DNA of 64,000 nucleotides, taken from positions 4,544,001 to 4,608,000 of the forward strand of contig OZ242374.1 of assembly GCA_965209055.1 (NCBI GenBank). Reading direction: 5' to 3'. Below, one piece after another: positions 1-9,456 of this stretch. A program made the translations under genes and the position numbers. Under the pieces are notes generated by a model that saw only the letters and a list, made by a program, of their open reading frames with translations, did not search any database and was not told where the DNA came from. This stretch comes from Acidobacteriota bacterium. GTDB lineage: Bacteria; Acidobacteriota; UBA6911; RPQK01; JAJDTT01. Numbering within the stretch: position 1 is the stretch's first letter; each line of letters opens with the position of its first letter.

Positions 1-711
1 GGCTTCATGCAACAGCGGGACTTGAGGGGAGCAGGCGCCAGGAGCCCCAACGTCCCCCGGGACGGGAGCGTTCCTCTGGTGGTGTCGGCACTGCGGATGG
101 ACGGGTTCCGGGATGAAATCCGGATCGAAGCCCTGGATCTGCCGCCCGGCGTCGGGTCCGAACCGGGAGCCATTCGCCGGGACGAGTTCCACACGACGCT
201 GGTTTTCACCGCGGACGCTTCAGCGCCTCCGGCACCACCGGATCACAGGCTCAAGATCCAAGGGCGCGCCCGAATCGGAGGTGTGGAGAGAATCCACGCG
301 GCGGTGGACCCGGACAGTGGGCTGAACCTGGTCACCGTGGTCCCTCCCCCCACCATCCGGCCTCTCGTCGAACCGGAACACCTGGTCCTGAAGCGGGGGT
401 CCCAGGGCCGCCTCCATGTCCGGATCGCCTGTCCGGATGACTTTGCTCATGAGGTGGGTATCGAAGTGAAAAATCGCCCCCCCGGCCTGTTCGTCGACGG
501 TCGGTCCACCAATGCGGGTCTGGTCATCAGCAAGGGCGAACACTCCCGCATCCTGAATATTCTGGCGGAGGAATCGCTGGAGCCCATGACCGTGCCCATC
601 TACGTCGTCACCCGGCACCGCAGCGAACGCACCGAGAAGATGCGAGGATTGGGAATCCTGGAAGAGTCGGTCGACTACGCCTCCCACCCTGTCCTGGTGA
701 CCATCGAATAG
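1..711 (+). CDS. C-terminal part of a large PPC/pre-peptidase-like Ig-fold protein (5' truncated by the window edge)
   Basis: Frame is open from base 1 to TAG at 709-711. Repeated 'R.DGF...I.IEALDLPPGV' and 'V.IEVKNRPPGL' beta-sandwich motifs resemble Planctomycete/Acidobacteria PPC-domain proteins. Confidence 0.55.
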   Translation, partial: GFMQQRDLRGAGARSPNVPRDGSVPLVVSALRMDGFRDEIRIEALDLPPGVGSEPGAIRRDEFHTTLVFTADASAPPAPPDHRLKIQGRARIGGVERIHAAVDPDSGLNLVTVVPPPTIRPLVEPEHLVLKRGSQGRLHVRIACPDDFAHEVGIEVKNRPPGLFVDGRSTNAGLVISKGEHSRILNILAEESLEPMTVPIYVVTRHRSERTEKMRGLGILEESVDYASHPVLVTIE

Positions 712-717
712 GGCGGT

Positions 718-739
718 TTCCCCTCCGCAGGAAGGGGAA
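718..739. terminator. Putative bidirectional hairpin between convergent genes
   Basis: TTCCCCT-ccgcagga-AGGGGAA inverted repeat between the stops at 711 and 751. Confidence 0.45.
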
Positions 740-750
740 GGCGGATCCAA

Positions 751-2268
751 CTATCGCGAATCCGCCTGAATCGGATCCCGCTCGACGTATGCGCGCCGCA
801 ACTTCCGGAGAGCGGAGGCCTCGATCTGCCGGATTCGCTCCCGCGTCAGGGAGAAAACGCGCCCGATCTGCTCCAGCGTATGCTCCCGGCCTTCTTCAAT
901 CCCGAACCTCAGGCGCAGCACTCGCTCCTCCCGGGAATCCAGGTTCTTGAGGATGCCTGAAGTCTCATCCGCCAGGCTCAGACGCAGGAACTCATCGGAC
1001 GGAGACTCGCTGCTGCAGTCCTCGAGGATATCCTGCAGCTTACCCTCCTCGTCACGGCCGATGGGGGCTTCCAGGGACACCGGTTTTCGCGCGATTTCCA
1101 GGATGCGCTGGACCCGGTCCGCCGGTAGTCCCACGGCTCCGGCGAGCTCTTCCGTACTTGGCTTGCGGCCATAGATCCGGGTCCACTCGCGTGCCGTTCG
1201 GACGGACTTGTAGACGACTTCGGAGATGTGGACGGGAAGTCGAATGGTTCTCCCCTTCTCGGAGATGGATCTTTGGATCGCCTGCCGGATCCACCAGTGG
1301 GCGTAGGTGGAGAACTTGAAGCCCAGACGGTAGTTGAAGCGGTCGACCGCCTTCATCAGGCCGATGTTCCCCTCCTGGATCAGATCCAGGAAAGCAAGCC
1401 CGCGGCCCCGGTATTTCTTGGCCACGGACACGACCAGCCGCAGGTTCGACTGCACCAGCTCCTGCTTGGCATCGGTCGCCCGGGCCTCCGCGTCGCAGAT
1501 GCGGCCGAAGGTTCGGCGCGCCTGTTCCCGGGTCACGCACTGGGACTGCTCCCACCGCTCCAGTTCGCTGCATACCTGCCGATATCTGCCCTGGTCCTCC
1601 GCCGCGGGACTCTCCCGGAGCCGCTCGCTCGTGTTGACCAGGTCCAGCATCGGTTCCAGAGAGGCCTTGAGCGACTTGAGCAGGCGGTCTCGTGCTTCCT
1701 CCTTCAGACCCAGAGTGCGAATCCGCCCGGCGATGGCGCGGCGGACGCGAGCCAATCCCAGCAGTTCCCGGAAGCCGGGCTCGCCCTCCTGCACAACCTG
1801 CCGCCATCGGCGCCAGAGCCGCCGGGCGCGTTGGTCCAAACGGGCGATGGCCCCCAGTTGGATCCGGAACCACTCCCCCGCCTTGACCCCGGAGGTAGCC
1901 TTGGCATCCGGGCGGGCGATCTCCCGAATCCGCATCTCTCCGACCTGCAGCCGCGGCCCCCAGGAAATCAGTTCTCCGACGGCCAGCGGACAACGGTAAA
2001 GACTATCAGCGAGCCGCTCCCTTCCTTTTGCCAACCGGCTGGCGATCTCGGTCTCCTGCCTGGCCGTCAACAGAGGGATCGATCCCATCTCCTTGAGGTA
2101 GGCAAAGATGGTGTCGTCCCCGTGGCTTCCCCGGTTCGCATCCGACGCCGTCCCCGGGACTTCGTCCTGACCCCATGGATTCGAGCCGGTATTCCGTCGC
2201 CAAACAGAGCCCGCGCTCCCGTAGCCGCCACGATTCGCGCCAAATCTCGATTTCATCATATCGGTCAC
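751..2268 (-). CDS. RNA polymerase sigma-70 factor, RpoD-like paralogue lacking region 1.1
   Basis: Region 1.2 [13 protein letters not shown], region 2 [46 protein letters not shown], region 4 [16 protein letters not shown]. Start may instead be ATG at 2259 or 2256. Confidence 0.9.
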   Translation of the reverse strand: MTDMMKSRFGANRGGYGSAGSVWRRNTGSNPWGQDEVPGTASDANRGSHGDDTIFAYLKEMGSIPLLTARQETEIASRLAKGRERLADSLYRCPLAVGELISWGPRLQVGEMRIREIARPDAKATSGVKAGEWFRIQLGAIARLDQRARRLWRRWRQVVQEGEPGFRELLGLARVRRAIAGRIRTLGLKEEARDRLLKSLKASLEPMLDLVNTSERLRESPAAEDQGRYRQVCSELERWEQSQCVTREQARRTFGRICDAEARATDAKQELVQSNLRLVVSVAKKYRGRGLAFLDLIQEGNIGLMKAVDRFNYRLGFKFSTYAHWWIRQAIQRSISEKGRTIRLPVHISEVVYKSVRTAREWTRIYGRKPSTEELAGAVGLPADRVQRILEIARKPVSLEAPIGRDEEGKLQDILEDCSSESPSDEFLRLSLADETSGILKNLDSREERVLRLRFGIEEGREHTLEQIGRVFSLTRERIRQIEASALRKLRRAYVERDPIQADSR

Positions 2269-2522
2269 CTGCCTTGAATGACGTCCTGTGTAGTAGACGG
2301 ATTCTCGGCAGAAAAGGTTTCGTTTCGATGGAGAAGGAGCGGTGACTTTCTTGTCGCCGAGGAGCGGCGACTTTCCTGTCGCCGGAAGGGGATTATCGCG
2401 GACGGCAGTCCCCCTTTACGGCTTCCGCCCTCGACGCTTCCCGGACGCCAAATCGCGCAACAACAGAGAATACGGGCGGACAGGCACGTCCCCCCACCCG
2501 GTCACCGGGATTTCGCCCCTCT

Positions 2523-2876
2523 CTACAGGAGCAGCCAGACGGCAGCCGCCGTCCCTGCAATGGCGGAACCGTAACAGAGGACCGAAATGGGCGTCTTGAC
2601 GGCTCCGCCTCCCAGGTCGATCAGGATGTGCCGGAGACGGTGGGCCGCGTGAAAGAGAGGCAATGAAATGACAACCAGCAGGTAGAGCCGAACCAACGGG
2701 TTCTCCAGGAGTTCCCGAACCCGTTCGTAGGAAAGCGTCTCGATTGGAATCCAGCCCAGGCCGATGCCCAAGCCGGTCACCAGGATGTGGACCGGGACCA
2801 GGAAGGCCGCCACCGTGCCGCCCGCCGAAAAGAGTCCCCACCAGATGGGGTCGGTTGTCTTGAGCCGGACCCCCAT
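2523..2876 (-). CDS. frdD: Fumarate reductase membrane anchor subunit D
   Basis: PIWWGLFSAGG and FHAAHRLRH motifs, 3 TM segments, last gene of the frd operon. Confidence 0.88.
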   Translation of the reverse strand: MGVRLKTTDPIWWGLFSAGGTVAAFLVPVHILVTGLGIGLGWIPIETLSYERVRELLENPLVRLYLLVVISLPLFHAAHRLRHILIDLGGGAVKTPISVLCYGSAIAGTAAAVWLLL

Positions 2877-2877
2877 C

Positions 2878-3282
2878 TCAGTTCACCACCAGGTACCAGA
2901 GGACCCCGGAAAGCAGGATCCAGACCAAATAATTCCCCGCCAGCACCAACTTGGCAGGGATCACCTTGCGGCCCATCCGAACCACCATCACGATGGGGGT
3001 CAGGTGGATCCAGGTCACCGTGTGAAGCAGGCAGAACGCCAGGGACACTCCCAGGAAGACGAGGACGGCCGGGTGGTGGAGCATGGCCAGGTACGCCTCA
3101 TAGCTGTCCTTCCCTTGGGACAGCCGGTACAGGCCCCCCAGGTAACTGAGCGCGTAGAGCGCTACGAACACCGCCGACAGCTCCCGGAGCATGAACAGAA
3201 AATACCGTCCGTTGCTCAGCCACCAGAGGGACGACCGCCGGGGCTGATGGCGGGGCGGACCTGGTGCCGGAGTCACGCTCAC
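2878..3282 (-). CDS. frdC: Fumarate reductase membrane anchor subunit C
   Basis: WW....Y..FMLRE and LLHTVTW motifs; GTG start at 3282 overlaps the frdB TGA. Confidence 0.88.
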   Translation of the reverse strand: MSVTPAPGPPRHQPRRSSLWWLSNGRYFLFMLRELSAVFVALYALSYLGGLYRLSQGKDSYEAYLAMLHHPAVLVFLGVSLAFCLLHTVTWIHLTPIVMVVRMGRKVIPAKLVLAGNYLVWILLSGVLWYLVVN

Positions 3283-4016
3283 GATTTCCCCCAGGGCCAG
3301 AGCAACCCAAGGATATGGTCCTTGGTCAACTGCACCTTGGAACGCTGAATCGCCGCCGCCGGGTCCACATGCTTGGGGCACACCACGGAGCACTCGCCGA
3401 CAAAGGAGCATTCCCAGATCCCCTCGTGGCTTCCGATGACCTCGGCCCGCTGGTCCTGGCCCTCCTCCCTGGAATCCATGTCATACCGGTGCGCCAAAGC
3501 GATGGCGGCAGGTCCGATGAAGCTCTTGTCAGCCGCGTAGACCGGGCAGGCCGCGTAGCAGAGACCGCAATTGATGCACATGCTGAACTGCCGAAAGAGC
3601 TGCAACTCCTCGGGAGACTGGAGATACTCCCCCTCTTCAACCGGCTTTTCCTGCTTACGAATCATCCAGGGCTTCACCGCCCGGAGCTTGTCCATGAAAT
3701 CGTCCATCTCGATGACCAGATCCCGGACCACCGGGAAATGGTCCATGGGACCCACCTGCACGCCCTGCGGATAGTCCTTCAGGAAGACAGCGCAGGTCAG
3801 CTTGGGAACTCCGTTGACCGTCATGCCGCAGCTTCCGCACACCCCCATGCGGCAGGACCAACGGTAGCTCAGGCTCCCGTCGACATGGTCCTTGATGTAG
3901 TTGAGGCCGTCCAGGACCACCATCTCATCGTCGTAGGGGATGGTGTAGGTCTGCTCGTACGGGGCGGGACTATTCTCCGGATCGTACCGGGTTACGGTGA
4001 TGTCGATGGTCTTCAT
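3279..4016 (-). CDS. frdB: Fumarate reductase/succinate dehydrogenase iron-sulfur subunit
   Basis: SCRMGVCGSC (2Fe-2S), CINCGLCYAACP and CSFVGECSVVCP clusters; true start MKTIDITV at 4016. Confidence 0.93.
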   Translation of the reverse strand: MKTIDITVTRYDPENSPAPYEQTYTIPYDDEMVVLDGLNYIKDHVDGSLSYRWSCRMGVCGSCGMTVNGVPKLTCAVFLKDYPQGVQVGPMDHFPVVRDLVIEMDDFMDKLRAVKPWMIRKQEKPVEEGEYLQSPEELQLFRQFSMCINCGLCYAACPVYAADKSFIGPAAIALAHRYDMDSREEGQDQRAEVIGSHEGIWECSFVGECSVVCPKHVDPAAAIQRSKVQLTKDHILGLLWPWGKS

Positions 4017-4036
4017 GCCGGAATCTCGCTCCTGGC

Positions 4037-5746
4037 TCAATATTTCCGCTCCTCGGGCGCCCAACGGGTGATGGGCACCGGCTGGGTCTCCAACCTTGGA
4101 CCTTCCTCGGAGATGAGGGACAGTTGGTGATGCAGGAACCGCTCGTCGTCGCGCTCGGGAAAGTCGACCCTGGCCTGAGCCCCGCGTGACTCCTCGCGAG
4201 TCAAGGCGGCGCCGGCAATGCAGCGGGCCACGTCCAGCATGAAGTCCAGCTCCAGGGCCGCCACCAGGTCGGTGTTGAAGACCTTGCCCCGGTCGTCGAT
4301 GCGCACGTTGGCGAATCGCTCTCTCAACTCCGCCAGCTCCCTGGTGGTCTCCAGCAGGCTCTCCCGGGTGCGGAAGACCCCGCAACCCTTTTCCATGGCC
4401 GTCTGCATCTCGCCCCGCAGACCGCTGATGCGCTCGGTCCCGTCTTGCCGACGGAGGAATCCCTGCTCGATCCGCTGTTCCTCCTTGCGGGCCGCCGCCC
4501 GGACCCGGCTCGGATCGACGAGGCCGGTGGACTGGGCGTGGCGGGCAGCCGCCTCGCCGGCGAATCCGCCGAAGACCAGGCATTCGGTCAGGGAATTCGA
4601 CCCCAGACGATTGGCGCCGTTGATGGTGACACAGGCGACTTCGCCGGCCGCGTAGAGGCCTGGCAGGGGTGTGCTCCCATCGTTTCCGGTACTCACGCCT
4701 CCCATCATATAGTGCACCACCGGCCGGACCGGAATGGGTTGATAGACCGGGTCGATCCCCACGTACTTGGACGCCAGCTCCCGGACGAAGGGAAGCTTCT
4801 CGTCGATGACCTTTTCACCCAGATGGGTGAGATCGAGATGGACGTACTCGCCGTGTCGGCCTTCAAAGGTCCGGCCCGCCTGGCGCTCGGAGATGATGGC
4901 GCGAGAGAGGATGTCCCTGGGTCCCAGTTCCATCTTCCCGGGGATATAGCGCTCCAGGAACCTCTCGCCCTCGCTGTTGAAGAGATATCCTCCTTCGCCG
5001 CGCGAGGCTTCCGTGATCAGGATCCCGGTCCCGGGCAGGCCTGTGGGATGGTATTGGACGAACTCCATGTCCTTCAACGGCGCTCCCGCCCGGTAGGCCA
5101 TGGCCATCCCGTCGCCGGTCTTGATGTTGCCGTTGGTGGTGAAGGGGAAGATCCGGCCGCCTCCGCCGGTGCAGAGCATGACGGACCTGGCCAGGATAGG
5201 TTGGATCCGTCCGGTGGCCAGATCCAAGCCGGTCACCCCCACGCATTCGCCGTCGTCCACCAGCAGAGACGTGACGAACCACTCGTCGTACCGGCGGATC
5301 CTGGCAAAACGCAGCGAGTGCTGGAAGAGGCTGTGGAGCATGTGGAACCCGGTCTTGTCCGAGGCGAACACGGTCCGCTTGACGCTCATGCCCCCGAACG
5401 CCCGAACGCTGATGCGCCCGTCCCGGTCCCGGCTCCACGGACAGCCCCAGTGCTCCAGTTGAAGGACCTCTTTCGGAGCGGTGTCCACGAAAAGCTCCAC
5501 GGCGTCCTGGTCCGCCAGGTAGTCGCTTCCGCGAATCGTGTCGAAGCAATGCAGGTCGTGGCTGTCGTAATCGCGCAGCACGGCCGCCGTGCCGCCCTCG
5601 GCCGACACGGTATGGCTGCGCATGGGGTAGACCTTGGAGACCACGACGATGTCCAGGTCCGGCTGGATCTCGACCGCCGCCACCGCCGCCCGCAGCCCGG
5701 CCGCCCCGCCACCCACGATCAGAAGATCACACTTCAATGCGTCCAT
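4037..5746 (-). CDS. frdA: Fumarate reductase flavoprotein subunit
   Basis: GGGAAG FAD motif, [10 protein letters not shown] covalent-FAD His, [23 protein letters not shown]; start MDALKCD at 5746. Confidence 0.94.
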   Translation of the reverse strand: MDALKCDLLIVGGGAAGLRAAVAAVEIQPDLDIVVVSKVYPMRSHTVSAEGGTAAVLRDYDSHDLHCFDTIRGSDYLADQDAVELFVDTAPKEVLQLEHWGCPWSRDRDGRISVRAFGGMSVKRTVFASDKTGFHMLHSLFQHSLRFARIRRYDEWFVTSLLVDDGECVGVTGLDLATGRIQPILARSVMLCTGGGGRIFPFTTNGNIKTGDGMAMAYRAGAPLKDMEFVQYHPTGLPGTGILITEASRGEGGYLFNSEGERFLERYIPGKMELGPRDILSRAIISERQAGRTFEGRHGEYVHLDLTHLGEKVIDEKLPFVRELASKYVGIDPVYQPIPVRPVVHYMMGGVSTGNDGSTPLPGLYAAGEVACVTINGANRLGSNSLTECLVFGGFAGEAAARHAQSTGLVDPSRVRAAARKEEQRIEQGFLRRQDGTERISGLRGEMQTAMEKGCGVFRTRESLLETTRELAELRERFANVRIDDRGKVFNTDLVAALELDFMLDVARCIAGAALTREESRGAQARVDFPERDDERFLHHQLSLISEEGPRLETQPVPITRWAPEERKY

Positions 5747-5955
5747 ATTCGGGCGCGAATCTTGCCACATTTCGCGGGCCGAATTCAAGGCGCGGATGAG
5801 GATGGGAGCGGCGGTTTCCTAACCGACGAACTCCTGTGTGACAACTTGGCGACGCAGACCGGGCGATTGGAAATCGCCCTTCCGTACAGTATCTTTCGAC
5901 CACGACCAGGTGAACTGGTTGGAACGAGAGGCGGCGTTGCGGATGGAAGGAAACG

Positions 5956-6378
5956 ATGAGTCTTCTCCATCTTATGGACATCTTCTTCCTCCTCTTCCAC
6001 TCCCTCTGGATCCTCCTGGTGATCCTGGGTTGGATCTGGTCCCGGACCCGCCGCCTGTGCCTGGCGGCGCTGGCGCTGACCACGATTTCGTGGTTCGGAT
6101 TCGGCTACTGGCGGGGGTGGGGCTACTGCATCTGCACCGACTGGCACTGGCAGGTGCGGCGGTCGCTGGGTGACCTCAACCTGCCCCACAACTACATCGG
6201 CTTTCTGATCAGGGAAGGGACCGGTCTGGAGGTCCCGGATCCGGTTCTGGAACCGGTCATCCTGGGCGCCTTCCTGGCGTCCGTAGCCGGGGGCGTTGGT
6301 CTCAGCCTGCGGGACCGCTCCCTGAAAGCCGGCACCGAAGACGGCGACAAGAACGTCGCCGCTTGTCTGTTTAAATAA
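5956..6378 (+). CDS. DUF2784-like membrane protein
   Basis: FH..W..L..LGW and GWGYCICTDWHW.VR..LG motifs; GGAAGG RBS. Confidence 0.7.
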   Translation: MSLLHLMDIFFLLFHSLWILLVILGWIWSRTRRLCLAALALTTISWFGFGYWRGWGYCICTDWHWQVRRSLGDLNLPHNYIGFLIREGTGLEVPDPVLEPVILGAFLASVAGGVGLSLRDRSLKAGTEDGDKNVAACLFK

Positions 6379-6382
6379 GTCT

Positions 6383-6410
6383 GCCCGGGCCGCTCATGAG
6401 CGGCCCGGGC
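6383..6410. repeat. Perfect 28-bp palindrome (terminator or REP-like)
   Basis: GCCCGGGCCGCTCATGAGCGGCCCGGGC is its own reverse complement and begins 4 nt after the stop at 6378. Confidence 0.75.
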
Positions 6411-6473
6411 GGCGGTGGCTGGACCGTGTCGCCGCTGACCGTTAGATCCGGATGTGGAGTAAGGTCGGCCACC

Positions 6474-6545
6474 GTCTTTCCCGATGTCCTGAATGGATAC
6501 GAGGGCATCAAGGCCCGAATGACAAGCACAGGAGACCGGAAAGAT
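6474..6545 (+). ncRNA. Putative bridge/seek RNA donor-binding loop in the IS110 left end
   Basis: Nested stems GTCTTTCC/GGAAAGAT, TCCTG/CAGGA and GGGC/GCCC enclose an internal loop. The loop holds ATGGATAC (identical to right end 7795-7802) and ACAAG (reverse complement of junction CTTGT). Confidence 0.6.
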
Positions 6546-7491
6546 GAAACAGCATACCGTAGGCATCGACATCTCGAAAGCGCACCTGGACGCCCACCGG
6601 CTGGCCGACGGCCGATCCGCCCGGTTCGACAATGACCCGGCCGGCTTCCGGGCGCTGATCGATTGGATCGGAACTCCGGTCGAGTGCGTCGCCTACGAGG
6701 CCACCGGCCCCTATCACCGGAACCTCGAGGAAGCGCTGTGGAAAGCGAAGCTGCCGCTGTCGAGAGTGAATCCCTGGCAGGCCCGGTGTTTTGCTCAGGC
6801 GACCGGGAGCCGCGCGAAGACCGACACCGTAGACGCCCGGATGCTGGCCCAGATGGGGGCCAGCCTGGATCCGCGCCGGACCCCGGCGCCGTCCAAGACG
6901 CAACGCCGGCTCCAGGAACTGCAGGGGTGCCGGGACGCGCTGATGCGCCAGCGCACGGCCGCGCTGAACCGCCGCGCCCATTTGCGCGATCCCCTGCCCA
7001 AGCGGCAGAACCAGACCCAGATCAACCTGTTCGAGCGCCAGGCGAAGGCCATTGACCGAAAAATGCAGCAACTGATCGCGGCCGATCCGGAGCGGGCGCG
7101 CAAGTTGGAGATCCTGACCTCCATTCCCGGGATCGCGGCCACCACCGCCGCGGGTCTACTGGCCGAGATGCCGGAGCTGGGCACCCTGAGCGGTAAGGCC
7201 GTCGCCAGTCTGGCCGGGTTGGCCGCCGTTCCTCGCGAGTCGGGGGCTTGGCAGGGACGGGCCTTCATCCGGGGCGGACGAGCGCGGGCGCGACGGCTCC
7301 TGTACATGCCGGCGGTGGCCGCCCTGCGCTGGAACCGCGACCTGGCCGAGGTCTATGGGAGACTGACCGGGCGTGGCAAGCCCGGCAAGGTGGCCCTGGT
7401 CGCCGTCATGCGCAAGCTCATCGTCCTAGCCAACACCCTGGTGAGTCAGGACCGCACCTGGTTGCCCGAAGCGCCCCGTGTGGTCTGCTGA
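6544..7491 (+). CDS. IS110 family transposase/recombinase
   Basis: GIDISK, YEATG, KTDTVDA (DEDD), SIPGIA, RESG catalytic Ser, GK..KVALVAVMRKL. Confidence 0.95.
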   Translation: MKQHTVGIDISKAHLDAHRLADGRSARFDNDPAGFRALIDWIGTPVECVAYEATGPYHRNLEEALWKAKLPLSRVNPWQARCFAQATGSRAKTDTVDARMLAQMGASLDPRRTPAPSKTQRRLQELQGCRDALMRQRTAALNRRAHLRDPLPKRQNQTQINLFERQAKAIDRKMQQLIAADPERARKLEILTSIPGIAATTAAGLLAEMPELGTLSGKAVASLAGLAAVPRESGAWQGRAFIRGGRARARRLLYMPAVAALRWNRDLAEVYGRLTGRGKPGKVALVAVMRKLIVLANTLVSQDRTWLPEAPRVVC

Positions 7492-7605
7492 AGCGACGGA
7501 GCGAGATGAGGAGGAAAGGGGGCGTGACGGGTCCCCCGAGGAATGATCTGTAGAACTTCCGGTCAGGCCTGGCCGGAAGCTTGCTTACGGCCTTGAAAGC
7601 TCTTC

Positions 7606-7755
7606 ACGCCCTGGGGAGCGTCGGGTCACCCGAAGGGCCGCAGCGAAGCGGAGGAGCCGTAGGCTTGACCCGAGGCTCCCCAGGGCGTACCCGCGCCCAG
7701 TGGACCGGACAGATCACGTGCCAACAGGAAACCGGACACCTCACTGACTAACGAC
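7606..7755. repeat. Long hairpin plus tandem CCGGACA-x-TCAC boxes resembling a transposon end or MITE remnant inside the IS110 3' region
   Basis: ~23-bp stem ACGCCCTGGGGAGCgTCGGGTCA...TGACCCGAgGCTCCCCAGGGCGT (7606-7688); CCGGACAGATCAC (7705) and CCGGACACCTCAC (7732). Confidence 0.5.
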
Positions 7756-7837
7756 CCGGGATGGAATCACCGATGAGAACCCACCCCTTGCAACATGGAT
7801 ACTCCCGAGTCCCCCACCGGAGAGCAGGAGGACCTCC

Positions 7838-9361
7838 ATGAATAGTCCGGGCGGCGGACTCGCAGCCGTGGACTGGGCGATCATCGTCCTCTACGCGCTG
7901 GGCACGGTCGCCTTGGGATATTTCTACGGGCGCCGTCAGAACAGCCTCAAGGAGTATTTCACCGGCGGCGGACGCATGAATTCCATCGTGGTGGGGTTCT
8001 CCATCTTCGCCACCGGCCTGAGCACCATCTCCTACCTGGCGGTCCCCGGCGAGGCCATCGGCAAGGGTCCGGGCGCCATGTTCAACAACTTCATGGTCTA
8101 TCCCATCCTCTACCTGGTCATCGGCTACGTCTTCCTGCCCCTCTACATGCGCCGGCGCGTCACCAGTGCCTACGAATACCTGGAAGAGACCCTGGGTTTG
8201 CGGATCCGGCTCCTGGGAGCCGTCATATTCATCTTTTCGCGTCTGATCTGGATGTCACTTCTCGTCTACCTGTCCGCCCGGGCCATGGTCGTCATGCTGG
8301 GCGTGGACGAATCGTGGGTGCCCGTCGTTATTCTGGTCACGGGATTCGTCGCCGTGCTCTACACGTCGGTGGGGGGGCTGAGAACCGTCGTCATTACGGA
8401 CACCCTCCAACTGACCCTCATGCTGGGGGGAGCCTGGCTCGTGATCGGGATCGTGACCTACCAACTGGGGGGCGTCACCTGGGTCCCAACCTCCTGGCAG
8501 CCTCATTGGGACCACCAGCCGTGGTTCAGCCTCGACCCGGCAGTCCGGGTCACCGTCTTCGGATCGGTGATTTACGTCGCCCTCGAGGGCATCTGTGGAG
8601 CCGCCTCCGACCAGACCCATGTCCAGAGATACATGGCCACGGGGAGCCTGAAGGCCGCCCGGCGCTCCATGATCGCCAATATTCTTGCGGGCCTCGCCGT
8701 CGTCCTCACTCTCTGGATCACCGGGCTCGCCCTTCTGGGGTACGTGCAGCAGGCGGCTCAGACGCTTCCTTCCCACATCAACGTCGGTCAGGGGGCCGAC
8801 AGTGTCTTTCCCTATTTCATTGCCTACGTGCTGCCTCCCGGCATCTCGGGTCTCGTGGTGTCGGCGATGTTCGCCGCCGGCATGTCCAGCGTCGACTCGG
8901 GCGTGAACTCCATTACCGCCGTGGTCAGCCGCGATTTCCTGCACCGTTTCGGGAGATTGCCGGCCAGCCGGCGCGCCCGGACCCGCCTGGCCAAGATCAT
9001 TGCGTTCTCCGTCGGGACGATCGTGGTGGTGGTCGGCTCCCTCATAGACAACGTGCCGGGAAACATCTGGGCGGTCGGCCAGAAGACGTCCGGGTTGCTC
9101 TCGACTCCCCTGTTCGGTCTCTTTTGTTTCGCCTTTTTCGTCCGCTTCGCGACCACTCTGGGAGTGGTCTTCGGCACCGTGACCGGCATCACGACGGCGG
9201 TCCTGGTGGCCTACTCCGGACCGATCTTCGGATTCGACCCGGAAACCGGATACGACCCGGTGAGTTTCATCTGGATCGGGCCATTCGCCTTGGCGGCGAA
9301 TCTGCTCGTGGGAATCCTGGTGAGCACCCTTCACCGGAAGCTCCGCCGGTCTGACGGTTGA
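7838..9361 (+). CDS. Sodium:solute symporter (SSS) family transporter
   Basis: EYFTGGG, STISYLAVPGE, SAYEYLE, YTSVGGLRTVVITD, DQ..VQRY, FAAGMSSVDSGVNS; many TM helices; GGAGG RBS. Confidence 0.92.
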   Translation: MNSPGGGLAAVDWAIIVLYALGTVALGYFYGRRQNSLKEYFTGGGRMNSIVVGFSIFATGLSTISYLAVPGEAIGKGPGAMFNNFMVYPILYLVIGYVFLPLYMRRRVTSAYEYLEETLGLRIRLLGAVIFIFSRLIWMSLLVYLSARAMVVMLGVDESWVPVVILVTGFVAVLYTSVGGLRTVVITDTLQLTLMLGGAWLVIGIVTYQLGGVTWVPTSWQPHWDHQPWFSLDPAVRVTVFGSVIYVALEGICGAASDQTHVQRYMATGSLKAARRSMIANILAGLAVVLTLWITGLALLGYVQQAAQTLPSHINVGQGADSVFPYFIAYVLPPGISGLVVSAMFAAGMSSVDSGVNSITAVVSRDFLHRFGRLPASRRARTRLAKIIAFSVGTIVVVVGSLIDNVPGNIWAVGQKTSGLLSTPLFGLFCFAFFVRFATTLGVVFGTVTGITTAVLVAYSGPIFGFDPETGYDPVSFIWIGPFALAANLLVGILVSTLHRKLRRSDG

Positions 9362-9456
9362 CACGGGTCGCGGGAGCAGGACTCTGGTAGACTTGGCGAA
9401 TATTGTCCGGGTCCGATTTGTCGACATCCGGACCCGATTCCGGAGAGAGGAAGAAC

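Larger units (their letters stand above)
6453..7803 (+). mobile_element. IS110-family insertion sequence (ends inferred)
   Basis: Left end TGTGGAGTAAGGT (6453) and right end TTGCAACATGGATACT (7788-7803) flank an intact DEDD transposase. Joining the ends gives a CTTGT junction and a -35/-10 promoter. Confidence 0.75.

Noticed and set aside
6456-7805. GGAGTA/TACTCC as IS1111-type subterminal inverted repeats
   Set aside because: Only 6 bp long and partly outside the inferred right end; the donor-guide and junction-promoter evidence fits an IS110-group layout better.
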